Assembly (NCBI GenBank): GCA_024704765.1
Contig: JAKMXF010000020.1
Coordinates: forward strand, 1-64,000
From: Oopsacas minuta
Taxonomy: Eukaryota; Animalia; Porifera
DNA: 64,000 bases
Reading direction: 5' to 3'
This document shows, piece by piece, positions 25,801 to 39,008 of this stretch (position 1 is the first letter of the stretch; the number at the start of each line of letters is the position of its first letter). The notes below the pieces were generated by a model, which was not told the DNA's origin, searched no databases, and saw only the letters and a list, made by a program, of their open reading frames with translations. Both the position numbers and the translations under genes were made by a program.

Positions 25801-28800
25801 TCCCTTCTTAATCTTTGCTATCCAGATAGCTCCCCTCTCCCCTTGTACAGGTCCATTCAGTGTGATTCCTAGACTGGGAAGGCCTGACCTCATCAGTTTT
25901 ATATTGAAGGTTCCAGAAGAGGGTGTTACTGCTTCGTTGACATCTAATTCTACCAACAAGTCTAGAATCTTATTCTGCATTATACTATCTTGTATCAATT
26001 GTTGACATTGAACAGTAGATTGTATAGGATGATCATTGATTGTCAATATATGATCTCCTTCCATCAACACTCCACATCTAAATAGATAATTACACACTCA
26101 AAGCAATTCTAGCAATAATTTCTTTAAACTCACTGATATGCTGGAGAATTGTAGTCTATGCTAGCAATGATAACATGTCCTGAAGAGGGATGTGATAGAG
26201 TATCGATACCGATTCCATATCCGTCTAGTGTGGGGTTGAGTTGCACTATGAGGGACTCTTGCCTGGCTGGCAAACGTTGTAGCGTCATAGTGCTCCTAAC
26301 TGATGGACAAATAATAAGTAAGGCGAGATTACTAAATTCAAACTACAAGTTTCGTGACATTTCGTCAACTTATAACAATTCAGTGTATTTCCATAATGAG
26401 CACATATAGTACTTTTGATGTGTGCAGTATTAATTAGTATAGCAGAACCATTTAGTACTTATTAATGAGAATAGTGGTAAGAGGATTGCACTCAATTAGT
26501 TAAGAGAGGAGACAAATGTCATAATTCGATAAATTGTTTGACATTGATTTGGAGTTAAATTGTGAAGATATTAAAAATAATAGTTACACAATATATCTCA
26601 TTGGGACTTAAAATACGAAAAGGTACAAGGTAGTTAGTAGGTAAATATCACTAATTCAAGTCGACTTATTAATAGAAATTATTTCATACTTTTTGCTCTG
26701 TAAATATTCCAAATAAGCTGCCATGTTAACATGTTTACCGTGCGTGTTCATAAGTTCTACTCTTATTATTATTAACGAACTTACAATCTTAGTTCTATGA
26801 AACTATTAATATTCCTATTGAAGGACTATTTAGTAATAAAGATCGGAAAAGTTACTAATAACTATTAACAAATATTTCAAATACGTGCTGCTATATTGTA
26901 TTATACAATTGAAGCCTAATGACATTATGTAACCCCGTATCATAGCAACCTTACAGTGTCAAGTGTGAATATTGTACTAAAGACAATAGATCTTCTAATT
27001 ACACTATTGAAGTGATAACCTCGATACATTTCACTACATTAACCTTTGAAATAGAATTGATTAGTATAATATGCCTGAACGTGAACACGATACTCGTTCC
27101 AGAAATGTTCAATCAGGTGACTTCTGAGGACTCCTCTAATTAGAGTGGAGATTTACAATGAATAGCGGAATGCCATGGAACGAAATGTCGGTAATCCGCA
27201 ATAGGCTCTTTGCATATAACACAGCTGTTAAAATAACTATATTATGTATGTATTGTAAAGATTACTTGATTGAGATGAGAGAGCCCCTGGTCTGAATCCA
27301 TAATCAGCTGTTGATGAATTGAGTTGAGAAATAGAATCACTATTACCTAGAAAATAATTAAAGTTATACTATTCCATTAACTGAATTAATCTTTCCAAAG
27401 GAAATAGAAATAACTAACTCATTTTAGGCTGGTAGTCTTTGTTAAAAAATGGATTCCTGGGGTATGGGTTGTTGCCAGGAAGTAGCTCTAATGAGACTCT
27501 AACAGATTGAACCTGTAAGAGCTTAGATGAGTCTAAGACACTAAGACCCTGTACATTTTGTGCGTTGATTGAGATTATCTGATCTCCGATATAGAGAGCA
27601 CCACTCCTATAACAAAATTCATTATTACAGCATAGATTTACAAAATATCCTATTTAATATGTAATCAGAGCTAACCTGTCCGAAATACTACCGGCTTTAA
27701 TACTAGATATGATTATTGATCCTCCTGGAGTAGGACTACCTAAATAGAGTGAAGAGATGGAAATATTTCAAAGTTGTATCCTCGTTAAAACATTATATTG
27801 AAAAGAAATAAATGCATAAATTCTGTTCAAGAGGAGATAGATTTTTCGTTAAGATTAATTATTATACATATATTCAATAAGGCATGAAAAGCAATTCTGG
27901 TAGTCGATCAGTAATTATCTCGGAATAAGTTAGACAAGATTTATAATGAACTGGTTAATTAATTTAGATATTCCTCGATAAGTGAAATAAAGAACAGGGC
28001 TAGTTGAGGTTAAACAGGCATTTTGCATTGCAGGAAGGAAGCGTTCGAAGTTCAGGTGTTTCGATGACAGGGAGGGTTCGTTGGAGAATTTGATTAAGTG
28101 GTATTTTGTATTTAACAAGAACAAAAGTTTATGAAGGGTAGCGCAGCTTATCACTTTATATTTAGTGATTCATTTTCATCCATATTTTCTAAGGCTAAAA
28201 CGAATATTCTAAAATCGAAACTGTAACGAACGAATATTCGTTCGTTTTGATGACTAATCATTTCACACCTTGATCGCAATATCTGCTGATGAAAATATAA
28301 AATTTAATCAAACAACCCTAATTCGAGCAAAAAATATTCCGGCCTTTTAAGCGGAGTCTACTATACTAGTGTCTCCATCGTTTGGCATTTTTCTGAAGTA
28401 TTTTGGATAATTGGATCTAGTTCTAAGAATATTCTCACTGCTTGGACAAATTACGATCATTAGCGGCCACAACTTTCTTGTATAAACATTTTATAGTTCG
28501 TTAATTACAACTATTTATCTACATAACTGATTTTTTGGGATTGCTTAAGATTTTGTATATCAACTAATTTTTAAGCTTCAGCTTGGGTATTTCAAATTCC
28601 CGTTGGAAACGCTGTACTGTACTATAAGACAAAATATTTACCCAAAATTAAGCTCTGTGTAGGGTGATAATAAAGTTAAGAGGAGTAATCGTAATCTCTA
28701 CATAAGACTCCTATCGGTTTCTATTCCTAACGGATAAAATGAATGTAATATGAGTCTATAAACTATGGCTATAACAAGAATGAAGTTCTACATAACGTTT

Positions 28801-31800
28801 ATGAGCGCGAGAGCTTGATGGAATATCTGAGAGACTGTAGGATCTATGTCCTTGATGTCCAGGAGAGATTCTATCCTCTCATCGAACTGTTTAAGGTAAT
28901 TAGCGTTATCTGTGATAAGGAACTGGAGTTGTTGCGAGATAGTGGAGAACCAATAAGTTTTGAATTCCTGTTTGTCTGCTTTGCACTTTATAATGTATTC
29001 ATTCAAACTACTAATGCAGCGAGTGAAAAACACAAAGAAGAAATCTTCAAGGGCATGCTCACACTCTTGATGCAATTTGCAGTGTTGTCTTATCTTTTCA
29101 TTGGTAGGTGGTTCTCCCATTAGAGATCCTTCCTCACTCTCAACCAATTCAAGTCTCTCTTTCATTTCCCGTAACTCTTGCGTCTCACGGCCTAGACGAA
29201 CTAATTCCCGCTTGAAAAAGCAAAGCATTGAGTTGATAATATCCCAGATATACGAGTGAGATACCAACTGACTTCTGGTGTCAGGTCTGAACACCCATGA
29301 CAAGATAGAATTACAGTCTATTATCCCCAATTGAAGGAGATGTGAGACACAAAACACCAGCTTCTGAGGCACACGATACCAGAAATCAATTACCGCTAGA
29401 ATGCAGGTGACCTTCTCTTGCTCGTGAGCAAATAATTGAGAGAAAATGCCAAAGAATCTGTCCATAGAAATACGAGTGAAGTGAAGAGTATGACGCCCAA
29501 TCTGCAAAATACATTGAGTTATCATTCTAGCGAGAGACTCCTGATCACTGGACACAGCCATCACATCATTCCGTAGCTGTTCACTCAAAGCTTCCTTGTT
29601 TAATGCGTTCTTCCAACCGCGATTTACAGCCTCTATTTTCGAGAATATAAGCTTAGCATTAACAGATGCTGTGTCAGAATCTGACAGAAGGTCGTATACA
29701 AAGTTGCTAGAGGGAGGAGGTGGCATAGTTGAATTGAACTCCTGAGGAAGTATCTTTCGAATCTTTTCGTAATATGAGAGAGATATACTTCGGTCTAGCA
29801 CATCTTTAAGGAAGCATCTCTGGGGATGATCCGGTTCCTTTTCCAGGGCAGGGAGCCAATCCTCCCACCTCCATTGGAACTGGTAATTGTTGAGGATAAT
29901 CACAAACCAGCGGAGGAACCTGGCTCTACAGATACAGTTCATCATCTCCAACCGCTCAAATAGCATCTGTGAGGCTTGCGCTAGGATAGCAGGGAATTTC
30001 CCCGGCTTAAGTGAGTTTATTTCTAGCATAACGGAAGCGTAGAACGGGAGCGGGTATGGAGGGTGTGGGAGTGTCATCATGTGAGAGAACAGAATTTCTC
30101 CGATGAGATGATAAACCGCAAGAGAGCTTTCTCTCTGAGCTAAACCCACTAGACTAACAGCACATTCCTTCCGGTCTTTGTAGTAAGTTTGCAATATACC
30201 GGATATTGTCTGCTCCACTAGGAAACGCTCGATAGAGTCAGGATCGGACAGATGAGGTCCTTTGAAAATGTCAGTACTGTCAAATAAATGGAAGCAAGCT
30301 CGAGGCAGAGGGTAGTGCATGTCAGCACTGTGCTCAGGGAGATCTAGACTCTCAATCTTGTGTTGAAATGCGTCGCTCAATACTCGTCTCAAACCGACAT
30401 AGATTTTAGGCAGATAGTGTTCTTTCCATCCCAACTGCCGCATGGTCTGAACTTGTACCCACAGTTGCCCAAGCTGATCATTAGCCACTTGAGTAGGATA
30501 GGTTCTGTCCAAAACCTGGAGTGCGGGAAGAAACAATATCTTTCGTTTAGTAGAGATATAGCTCTCTATTATAGTGAGAATCTCTTCGAGACCTTTCGGC
30601 TTGTCTTGATCGATCTGAGCAGCAGCCCAGGGGAGAGCAGACAGTACCGCCCATATGTACCAGTCTGCTCTATTCTGTGGAATATCTTTTTCATAGGTTA
30701 CTGTAATGAATACATTATAAATGGTAAGGAGAGAGGAAGTCGATAAGACATTGCAGTTCAGAAGCTCACTCAGAAATCGCATAATCTGAGCGGCAGTGTT
30801 GAAGCGACAGCGACTCAAACTCTTTTCTAGCTCTTCCTTCAGGGTATGGACAAAATCCTCCACAAAGTCATAGTTTTGATGGTTGAGAACTCCTATAAGA
30901 GCTGCAAAGGAGGCGGTCCTCTCTGGGAGAATCAGGGCGCAGTAAATCAATCTCTTCTTAATGAAGTCATGCATCCTTTGCTGAATCTTGCCTACTAATC
31001 TTCCATTTAGAATTTTAGCGAGGTCTCGACTTTTCTCCACCAAGGACTCTGGAGTTGAGTTGTACTCTTCCTGGACTTTACCGAACTTTATTATCAACTC
31101 TTCCAGCTTAGCTTCCAAGGATTCTTCGGTCTCTACATCGCGCTCGTAGTATCGGCTCCTCTTTTCACCACCCATATGCGAACCTCCACGACGTTTGAAC
31201 CCCCTCCGAACTCCTCTGTCATTACGCGGTCTAGAACTAGCATGGGAATGCTGGTATTCGGCCATAACATAAGGTAAGTAAGAATGTGGACAAGTAATTA
31301 TAAGAATATGAATGGAAAAGAAAGATTATACTATTTTAATGTAGAAAACTAGATATCATAGTATTGGAAGTGCTATTGAGTTGATTCTGAGTATATTTGT
31401 TTCACCAGAGATCATTCTTATAGTATAATTATATGGTAGAATAATAATAAAAATAGAAAGCTGAATTGGAGGGGATAATCTATATCCTTGGTAATTAATA
31501 CGCTGTAGTAAAATGCAATCTAAAAAACTAGTAAATGTCTCCTGAAAAGTTTTACAAAATTTAAATACTCATAACATTTTCTAAGGAGATATTAGGTATC
31601 AAATTTCTGAGTAGAAAGTAATAAGATTACCATAAATGTATGTGTTAGGGTAACAAGTGAAGTTGGGCGTTTTGCAAATGTTAACTTTTTATGCAATTTG
31701 CAAATTGTCCAGAAAAATTTTGGTAATTAATTTTGGTACTAAACTGTTTTGCTCTTGAAACTCAATAGAGTTTCAAGAGCACCAGGTTGGCATGGTAATT

Positions 31801-34800
31801 GAATTCTCTACTCTAGGGTAATGGGTCATGCATTATGGGTCATGACCCATCAATGTTTTATTCATAATTTCATATACAATGTATAGCTACGAGGTATTAC
31901 TGCTGAGAACCTTGTTAATAATAGAGTTTTAATAATACCATAAAGCACGAGTAATATACGTATACGTATGTCTTCAGGTATACTAATAGCAACTACATTC
32001 ATTAATATACCTTTAGTGCCTTTAATGCTCGTGGAATATCATAACATCTCAACGTAATGCAATGTTGCCAGAGAATATCAAAGCTGTCTCGATCGTGTTA
32101 GATGGATATAAAAACAACTTGGTTTCATGATTGTGTTAAACGAAATGCACTAGAACCTCGTTAATAAGTACACCAAGGGACTATCGAGATTTGTACTCCT
32201 TATCCGGAGTACGTCTTAACCGGAGTAAAAACAATTGAATATCCATTGTATGGACTAAAATTGGGTAAAATTCTGTTTGTCTTAACCGGAAATTCGTATT
32301 AAATGTGTTCGTATTAACGAAGTTTCACTGTACACACATTATATATTCTTATAATAATCAAATACATGGATGATCAGGATGGGTCAGTGACCCATTTGCA
32401 GCTCTGATATAAGTATTATAGATCTCTAGAATTTACTTAGAACTTGAAGAGTGGATTACAGGAAGTAATTGGACTCTAGTGATCTCAGATTTGTCCAATC
32501 CCTTAACGCTGTAAGTCTACAAATATTTTCATTCGGCATCAAGAAAGAAGTTTCATTTTGAAAGTAAGACTACCCACCTGGGCATTGTGTAAGGTGGGAT
32601 TATTATTAATTTGCTTATTAAGTAAATTTTTTGATTATATTCACTTTAATCATAATTCATCCTTCTCTTAGGTTAAATTCTAAATATATACTTTTAAAGA
32701 AAAATTCCAAAAGTACAAAAGAATAGTTTGTCGTACTCTGTCATGATAACAGAATAATTACTGTTCCTGAGATAATGATTACACAATTCTAAACGTTTAT
32801 TGTGTAATATATCTTAGCTCATACAATTACGATTACCAGGAACTAAATATAGAAGATTCAGTTATGTTGATATATAATAAGAGCGGAAAAGCTTTGTAAA
32901 GGCCTGTTGTATGATATTTTGAGGGGAATGCTGGAAGTCACCAGCAAGGGGCGTGCCTAATTTCCGGGACGTGAAGTGACGTGACGGTCTCGGAAAATGT
33001 AGATGCCTAAAGTACTTGACGTTATTGCGCGCGACTCGGGATTACCGCTCAAATTCATCTCCCAAAGTGTATAACTATATGTTTTATGGATAAGACGCCG
33101 CCATTTGTTTATTCAGGGTGTATTGACTCCCGAGATACTACTCTAGAGTGTTTGCTTGCTCCCGGTGATCGCCTTTTTGGAAGCTAAACACAAGCATTTA
33201 TGGGACCCCTGAGGTCCGTATATCGCTAACCAATCCAGTGAAATAGGACCCTTACTAATTTCTCACACTAGCTATAAGCCGCGATAGATGGCTCGTTGGC
33301 CAAATGTTTTACTGTATTAGTTATCAGGCCATCCTCACACGCTTAAACCGCCAGAATATTTCACGTACTAGCTCTAAGATCCCGGGAAAGTAGGGATAGC
33401 ACAGAATACATGAAACATATAGTTATACATTTGGGTGATGTATTTAGGAGGCTACCATAACGTCACGTCCCGTATTTTAAGCATCTACTTTTTCAGGGGC
33501 CGTCACGTTACGTCACGTCCCGGAAATTAGGCACGCCCACAACAAGGGTGTTGTCAAATTACTAACAATATAAATTAAGCATTCAATAAGCTTCAAGATT
33601 TGGGGCAGCGCTTTGCGCGTCAATTCCACTACTATTTAATTGGGAAACAATTCAAAAAACTTCACCGATATGGTGCATAAAATTTGATATTGTTGCTATA
33701 AAAGTGGTTGCTGGGACATTTCGTCATAACTCACAACAATATACGTATTAGTTGAATGGTATGACATTGCAGTTTTAGCAATTTCCCGAATGTACAATGG
33801 TTAAATTCAATCCTGATTATTTATAATACAAATCTAATGTATATCTAAAGAATGAAAAGGATCGGGAGCGCTTAATGCTCTGTAGAATGATCGTATTCAG
33901 TAATACTATATTACAAAGCATTAAGCAATCGGATTCCAACAAAATATTCTTCTAGTGTATATACAAACCAGATGAAATAGAAACTTGTTAGAAAAGTAAC
34001 CACACAATAATATAATCATTCTGTATAAAATCGATAAATAATTATTAATAAAGGATAAGCTTATCCGTGATTAACCAGCTGTAGTCAATAAATTATATTA
34101 AGAAAAATCGCCCTCATTTAAGTACTCCTGCTCAAATAAAATATTTTATCTATATGGGTATTTATATCTCAGGGAAATAGGCGGCTATTTTTCCCCTATA
34201 GCTACCATAATATCATTTGAACGTACATTATCAAGTGGGATGCCATTATCGGCTGGTAGTGAAAAGTTGGATTGCTTAGCAGAAGTGTAGCAAGCCGGCC
34301 TAACAGCTATGGTTGTTGCATAGCATTTTACGAGTACATAGTTGTAACAACAAAATCGAATTTAAAGATTAAATCCTATAAATATCACACCTCACACAAT
34401 AGGGTTCTACTTTATGGAATGTAGTAATACTGATAGAATCTCGGCGCTTGTTCCAGCTTGTTTTGTAGAAAATTCGGTAATGTACTTTGCCAATTACCTT
34501 ATCTGGTGGTGGTGGTGGCTTATTTACAAGGTTGCAACTGGAAAGTTCAATATTCGGTTCAACATATTATTAACGCTCTACTGTCTGGCCAGGTTGTACA
34601 TTTTATTAAGAAATCCACATGACTGTACTTTCACGTATGAATAATAATACAAATTGATTAAACTTACCAATGAGAGAAAGTCCGAGAGAACTGCCTGGAG
34701 TTCTTAATAGCTCTAACGTGTAGGGTCCTTTTGCTGATTTGAGGTTTTCTAAGAATGAATTAGTTATCTACATGTATTGCTATTGGCTAATATTCAGCCT

Positions 34801-37800
34801 TGCATATAGTAATATACATATACTTCAAATATAAAAATAACAAAAGGAAACTTACCGTGAATAGCCACGGGATATTCAACTTCAAAACTAGCTACCTCTC
34901 TTCCCTCAGAAATAAGAGTAGTGGCATCCCTCAGGGAAGCGCCCTTCAGGGATATTCCATTAATGGAGAGTAGTTTGTCTCCAGGTTTCAATAGACCGAG
35001 CCTAGAAAGAAGAGAAACTGGTTAAACCAAACTCGTAAGATTGTAATATTAACAAATAAATATCTCACCTATAAACAGTGCTGCATGGATAGATGTGAGA
35101 TATTCTGAGTTCAAACTCATCACATAGTGGAGCTCCTTCTAAAGGTATAATAAAAGTAAGTTTAATATTTAATGCTTAGGTTTGGATTTACTTTGTGAGG
35201 GTTCTGAGCCAATCAAACAATGGACGGTGGAGTGGATCCAGAATAAAATTCATTATAAATCATAGTTTGAAAAATTCTTAATAATTTCCCCATCGGCAAT
35301 CTATATCCAATAATTTAAAAAGAAATCTAGAGTATATCTTTAATAATGTTTACAAAGCGAATCAGATTCCATACATAACAATGAAACGATAAGAGACTTA
35401 TCTTATTCTTGTTCTTAAGGATATGTGCTCGTACCCGTATGTCCCAGCTTAAATCCGTCCTGTTACTGATAATATTTAGCTTACCTGGTCCATCTAATGA
35501 AAATCCGTAATCATAGTTCTCCTTTGGTAGTGTGAGACATGTTATCTTGCTCTTCTCAAACCCACAAGCTGGTAATATAATTTTGTATTAGAATTAAGTA
35601 TAATTCGGAATTATTTGTCAAATATTAGGAATTTAGCTTTAGAGTTAAACTAATGTCCAATAAGTGAATAATTTCTCAATTCTCATTACCCACGACATTG
35701 CGATGTCTGATTTCGAAAAATAGCATATATTCAATAAAATAACGGGTTGATACTAGATCACATCAGGATACTCGCCTACTTTATATAATATAGAGATTGG
35801 TGAATTATACAACAGTATAGTCAATAGAGATGCAAGTGCGTGTTCAATAATGAATATTTTCAATTTGATAGATAAAATGGGTCGAATAGACAGAGTGTTT
35901 GCACTAACAAGGGCTGCACTCTACCACAAATCAAAGTTAGTACAGCTGCCAGATTAACAGAACTTCATAACGCCATAACTAGACAAGTAAACCGTGACAG
36001 CACTCCGCTTAAGTACATTAAGTTTATCTGTTTAAATATATTTAGAATTGAGTGTATTTAGAAGTATTCATAAATGGGAAAATAATCTATAATAAGTAGC
36101 CTAGTGTCTAAACACAGAACAAAATGATAAATTATGAAAAATAACTTACGGCCTTGAGAGGAATCAAACTCCAGCTGTAGACTGATGACAGGTCCTGCGT
36201 TGACTAAGATATTAGCTACTTCTTCATGCTTCAATTGATTAGTTTGAATGCCATTTACTGCTTTAATAACATCTCCTACTTGTACAGCCTCACTCCTTTA
36301 CAAAACATAATATAATATATCTACATAGCAGACTGTAATATTAATTGTTTAAACAGTAATATCGTGGTTAACTAAGGTATTTACAACTGGACTTTACCAA
36401 AATGTTTGTAATTAGGTTTTAATTAATTGATTAGGATAATTAGAGTTGGTTAAACATAACAGATTAACCCTACTAATTAATTCGGTATATAAGAAATTCA
36501 GCAATATTTTCTTGAAACGGAATCATTTTTTTTATTTCTTAATGAATGTTGACAAATTAACAGTGGTGAACTTGAGGTAAAAAATAAAATAAATATAAAG
36601 TAGGTGGACAATAATTCTGCATTATTCATAAACTCTTTGATAAAATTAGCCACAATTCTGCTAAAAGGCCTAGAAATAAAGAATAAGAATTACTTTCAAT
36701 CATACTTTGCAGCTATACTGTCCGGACTGATCTCTTGGATAGTAATAGGACTAGCTTGATCTACACCACCTAACAGATAGAAGTTATGTTAAACTTGTCT
36801 GTTTTATTGTAAGAATAGCAGCTGTAAATATTAACTAACCAGAAAATATAATCCCAAGGGATTGATTATTCTCTCTGATTAATTCGATATAACTGTACTC
36901 CTTGCGTAGTAGCAATACATCGTCTGTATGATATAAACAGATAATTAAACACAGAAATATTACAGAGCAAAATCTAATAGTAATTATTTCCAATTCATTT
37001 ACAAATATACTAAGTAGACACGATAATTGGATACGATATGTGATAATGTTGGTGCTAGAGTTCTAATGAACTATAAGATGTGAAAAGAGATATTACTGAT
37101 GGATATTTATTCAATTGTACTCCTCATCTTGCATACAGATATTACAGAAGATAGGAGTTAACTCCGAATCAAACACCTAAACTATGTATCCTGGGAACAA
37201 CTTTATAATCGAGCTATTCAAAGCTAAAACGCATTATTTTAATACCAGATTATTAATTCAATTGCGTACGTACAGGCTCACAAACCGCATTTGAACCTCG
37301 GTCTATGAGGTTCTATTGTATTAGCTACCATAAATATGGGAGTTAAATAATTACCTAGTGTAGAAGCCTGTGCATCTGAATTCCTTCTGGAGTTAGTTTT
37401 ATTTTTATTTTTTCTAGACAAGTAAATAAGTAATAATTAAAATATGAAATAATCATAATATGAAAAATTGTACTTTGTAGCAGTCTACTAGTATATTAAG
37501 TTAATGTATAGTAGCTTCTGCTTTGTAATCGTACACTCGTCGTGATAGAAACAACTCTATATTGTCGGTTAATAGGAAATGAGCTCGAATGACAGAATTC
37601 CAGCTGATAAAGTGGTCGGATTACATAGGTTCTATTAATTTTGAGCGAGACAGATATAGCTACAATCCACTTAATAGCTTAAATTCCAATATCTAGGATA
37701 ACGAGTATACGCTCCCTCTAGACCAGCAACATCAACCCTAATCTGAATCACAAACTATAAAATATAACAGACTAGGGTAGAGATGCTAAATGGAGTAAGT

Positions 37801-37885
37801 CGTCTCTAAACGAATCTAAATATTCCACAGAGATGGGATCGTAAAACTTACTTGGACCATTTCTTTGATGGTTTCCTTTCTAAAT
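16847..37885 (-). CDS. GRIP1: Glutamate receptor-interacting protein (7 PDZ domains), multi-exon; start lies upstream of 37885
   Basis: Phase-consistent GT-AG exons: 37852-37885, 37355-37413, 36840-36923, 36706-36769, 36150-36295, 35485-35568, 35069-35138, 34856-35001, 34668-34748, 27676-27739, 27419-27606, 27266-27346, (27157-27205 tentative), 26134-26295, 25787-26077, 22396-22541, 21965-22048, 21841-21904, 19022-19182, 18678-18709, 17509-18615, 16847-16972. The PDZ4-5 junction ELDVNEAVTPSSGTFNIKL matches GRIP EFDVAESVIPSSGTFHVKL. A candidate further exon is 38855-38875. The symbol means GRIP1/2 family. Confidence 0.9.
19725..21230 (+). pseudogene. Degenerate coiled-coil + NHL-repeat (TRIM/NHL-like) gene, antisense in a GRIP intron
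   Basis: MATEFGIGMREETARELERIRREVL (19725), NRIQVFG (~20685), DKIRVFSIEGEIVTTIGHGG…PGEFDNPYGIEL (~21050-21155). Stops, frameshifts and a foldback insertion interrupt it. Confidence 0.6.
20002..20528. mobile_element. Foldback/MITE with ~225-bp inverted arms
   Basis: gcctt…ctatataaggcc…ggatatagtagtg…gtattgcagatatatagaatatcatgtcc is mirrored by its reverse complement ending …ggccttatatagaaaaggc. Confidence 0.75.
22976..24376 (-). CDS. SHPK: Sedoheptulokinase (FGGY carbohydrate kinase), intronless, nested in GRIP intron 22542-25786
   Basis: LGIDIGTTSVK, VGVCGQMHGVVLW, LITWEDRRC, GLGDMQCSV, VNVGTSAQ, AALNGGNV, GERH. Intact 466-aa ORF. Confidence 0.92.
   Translation of the reverse strand: MATASEHYLGIDIGTTSVKVCISAKRGDMLHVVTSASRDTGAVIQTISPVEREQSPYKVISSLLQCLAELAVELVNNVVSVGVCGQMHGVVLWKRDLVWADFSCKEKFENKVSNLITWEDRRCDNTFLTSLPNPSCDYPLCSGFGCCSIAWLAKHNPNYLSEYHMSGTIMDLVIYLLCKLSSPVTSEQCAYSWGYYSPVRRDWDREQLSHIGVPLDILPCVATTVIAGKLTVDLNGLKLGIPVSVGLGDMQCSVLSASPTPGDLVVNVGTSAQAVLLRHVREVCLQDAVTVVPYFNDSDILVAAALNGGNVIAKFVEMLECWSRDLGGSGMERDSVYEKIIELGLDCLNTDLNISPLLLGERHCPDIKASVSDIETSNLSLGSVSSALCRGIVENLAKMLTPEFVRSQGALRLIGCGSVFYRNKLVQEHFKNTYGLPLSLAPPDACAALGASIVVFKDKRDNNVIT
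28788..31265 (-). CDS. NCBP1: Nuclear cap-binding protein subunit 1 (CBP80), intronless, nested in GRIP intron 27740-34667
   Basis: 825-aa ORF with a basic N-terminal NLS-like segment. LPERTASFAALIGVLNHQNYDF, QNRADWYIWAVLSALPWAA and LNNYQFQWRWEDW match MIF4G-like CBP80 motifs. Confidence 0.92.
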   Translation of the reverse strand: MAEYQHSHASSRPRNDRGVRRGFKRRGGSHMGGEKRSRYYERDVETEESLEAKLEELIIKFGKVQEEYNSTPESLVEKSRDLAKILNGRLVGKIQQRMHDFIKKRLIYCALILPERTASFAALIGVLNHQNYDFVEDFVHTLKEELEKSLSRCRFNTAAQIMRFLSELLNCNVLSTSSLLTIYNVFITVTYEKDIPQNRADWYIWAVLSALPWAAAQIDQDKPKGLEEILTIIESYISTKRKILFLPALQVLDRTYPTQVANDQLGQLWVQVQTMRQLGWKEHYLPKIYVGLRRVLSDAFQHKIESLDLPEHSADMHYPLPRACFHLFDSTDIFKGPHLSDPDSIERFLVEQTISGILQTYYKDRKECAVSLVGLAQRESSLAVYHLIGEILFSHMMTLPHPPYPLPFYASVMLEINSLKPGKFPAILAQASQMLFERLEMMNCICRARFLRWFVIILNNYQFQWRWEDWLPALEKEPDHPQRCFLKDVLDRSISLSYYEKIRKILPQEFNSTMPPPPSSNFVYDLLSDSDTASVNAKLIFSKIEAVNRGWKNALNKEALSEQLRNDVMAVSSDQESLARMITQCILQIGRHTLHFTRISMDRFFGIFSQLFAHEQEKVTCILAVIDFWYRVPQKLVFCVSHLLQLGIIDCNSILSWVFRPDTRSQLVSHSYIWDIINSMLCFFKRELVRLGRETQELREMKERLELVESEEGSLMGEPPTNEKIRQHCKLHQECEHALEDFFFVFFTRCISSLNEYIIKCKADKQEFKTYWFSTISQQLQFLITDNANYLKQFDERIESLLDIKDIDPTVSQIFHQALALINVM
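32949..33538. mobile_element. Non-autonomous DNA transposon (590 bp) with GGGCGTGCC… TIRs
   Basis: gggcgtgcctaatttccgggacgtga pairs with tcacgtcccggaaattaggcacgccc. Flanks ccagcaag/acaacaag (6/8) may be a decayed TSD. A second, inverted copy is at ~48275-48748. Confidence 0.75.
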
Positions 37886-39008
37886 CTAAAGAAAAAAGAA
37901 ATATTAGATAAAGTAAGGAATAGGATATAATATAGTAGAAATATAACAGAATGAAGTATATTTACCCATCTGGCAAGTTATACGTATCTAAACTATAAAT
38001 ATTAAGAATAATTACATGAGAGAGAATTAAATTGATTTTATAGTAAGAGAGAGGAGGCATAGAATGGCCAGCAGCTAACGTAAGCGGGAATGAGTAATCT
38101 GATGGCTTCTAACAACCAAATAAACTTAAATGTCGATTAGTTATCAATGATAGATTATAGAATGAATCAATTATAACACATCAGTAATGAATCTCAATGA
38201 AAAGATACGATATAAAGAAGTACGAAGAATTCTAAATTGGCTTCACATTATGTCAAATCGAAAGATTCTGAAAAACACAAACACACTTTTACAAGGAAAT
38301 CTATATAAAACTCTTAAATGACTAAATTCGTATTTGCGAATAAATGAAAACTATAATCGTTAAATTTAACACAAATGTCATGTTTAATGTGCAAACAATT
38401 AGAATACACGAATACACGGTGTAGTACTATTTCTCACATAGTGTAGTACGAATAGGGTCAGACATGTCCAGATGATACTGAAGCTAACACTAACACAGAC
38501 TGTTCAATTTAATGATGGGATAGCTCGATAGATTCACAATCAGCCACATACATACATTTACCTGGAGAGATAAGTCGAATGATATGAATTCTCCCTATTA
38601 CACCCAATATTTGTAATTAAAATAGGGTTTCAGTCCCCCAGGATTTATTTCTGGAAATCTACATTATTAAATCTGAATTATTGTTTGTCTGTCGTTCAGG
38701 AAAGGATTTACTGTATGCAATTTTGAAATTGTCGCACAACTATTTATCGTGTTTATCAAGGAAGTATTTCGCATTTTCGCAGTTTCTCATATGTAAATCT
38801 ATTGTTGTTCTTATGAGTCTAAAGAAAACAAATTAGCAAAATCTCAAAATTTACCTTGATACTTGCCCTCAACGGCTATTAAGAGAGTTGATCTTACAGA
38901 ATAATTCAATAGCATATATGCCATAAACTTATATTTTTTGTGAATTACATTGTTCTAAATATATCTATATTATAATACTCAAAGAGCCGTCAATTTGGAG
39001 AATGATGG

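Noticed and set aside
28815-30746. Plus-strand ORFs overlapping NCBP1 (and similar ones over SHPK, CRYL1 and the RAG1-like ORF)
   Set aside because: They are antisense shadow ORFs of real coding sequence with no motifs of their own.
32430-32515. Exon-like segment (TYSVKGLDKSEITRVQLLPV) in the long GRIP intron
   Set aside because: It gives a stop in the phase required by GRIP, and GRIP splices correctly without it.
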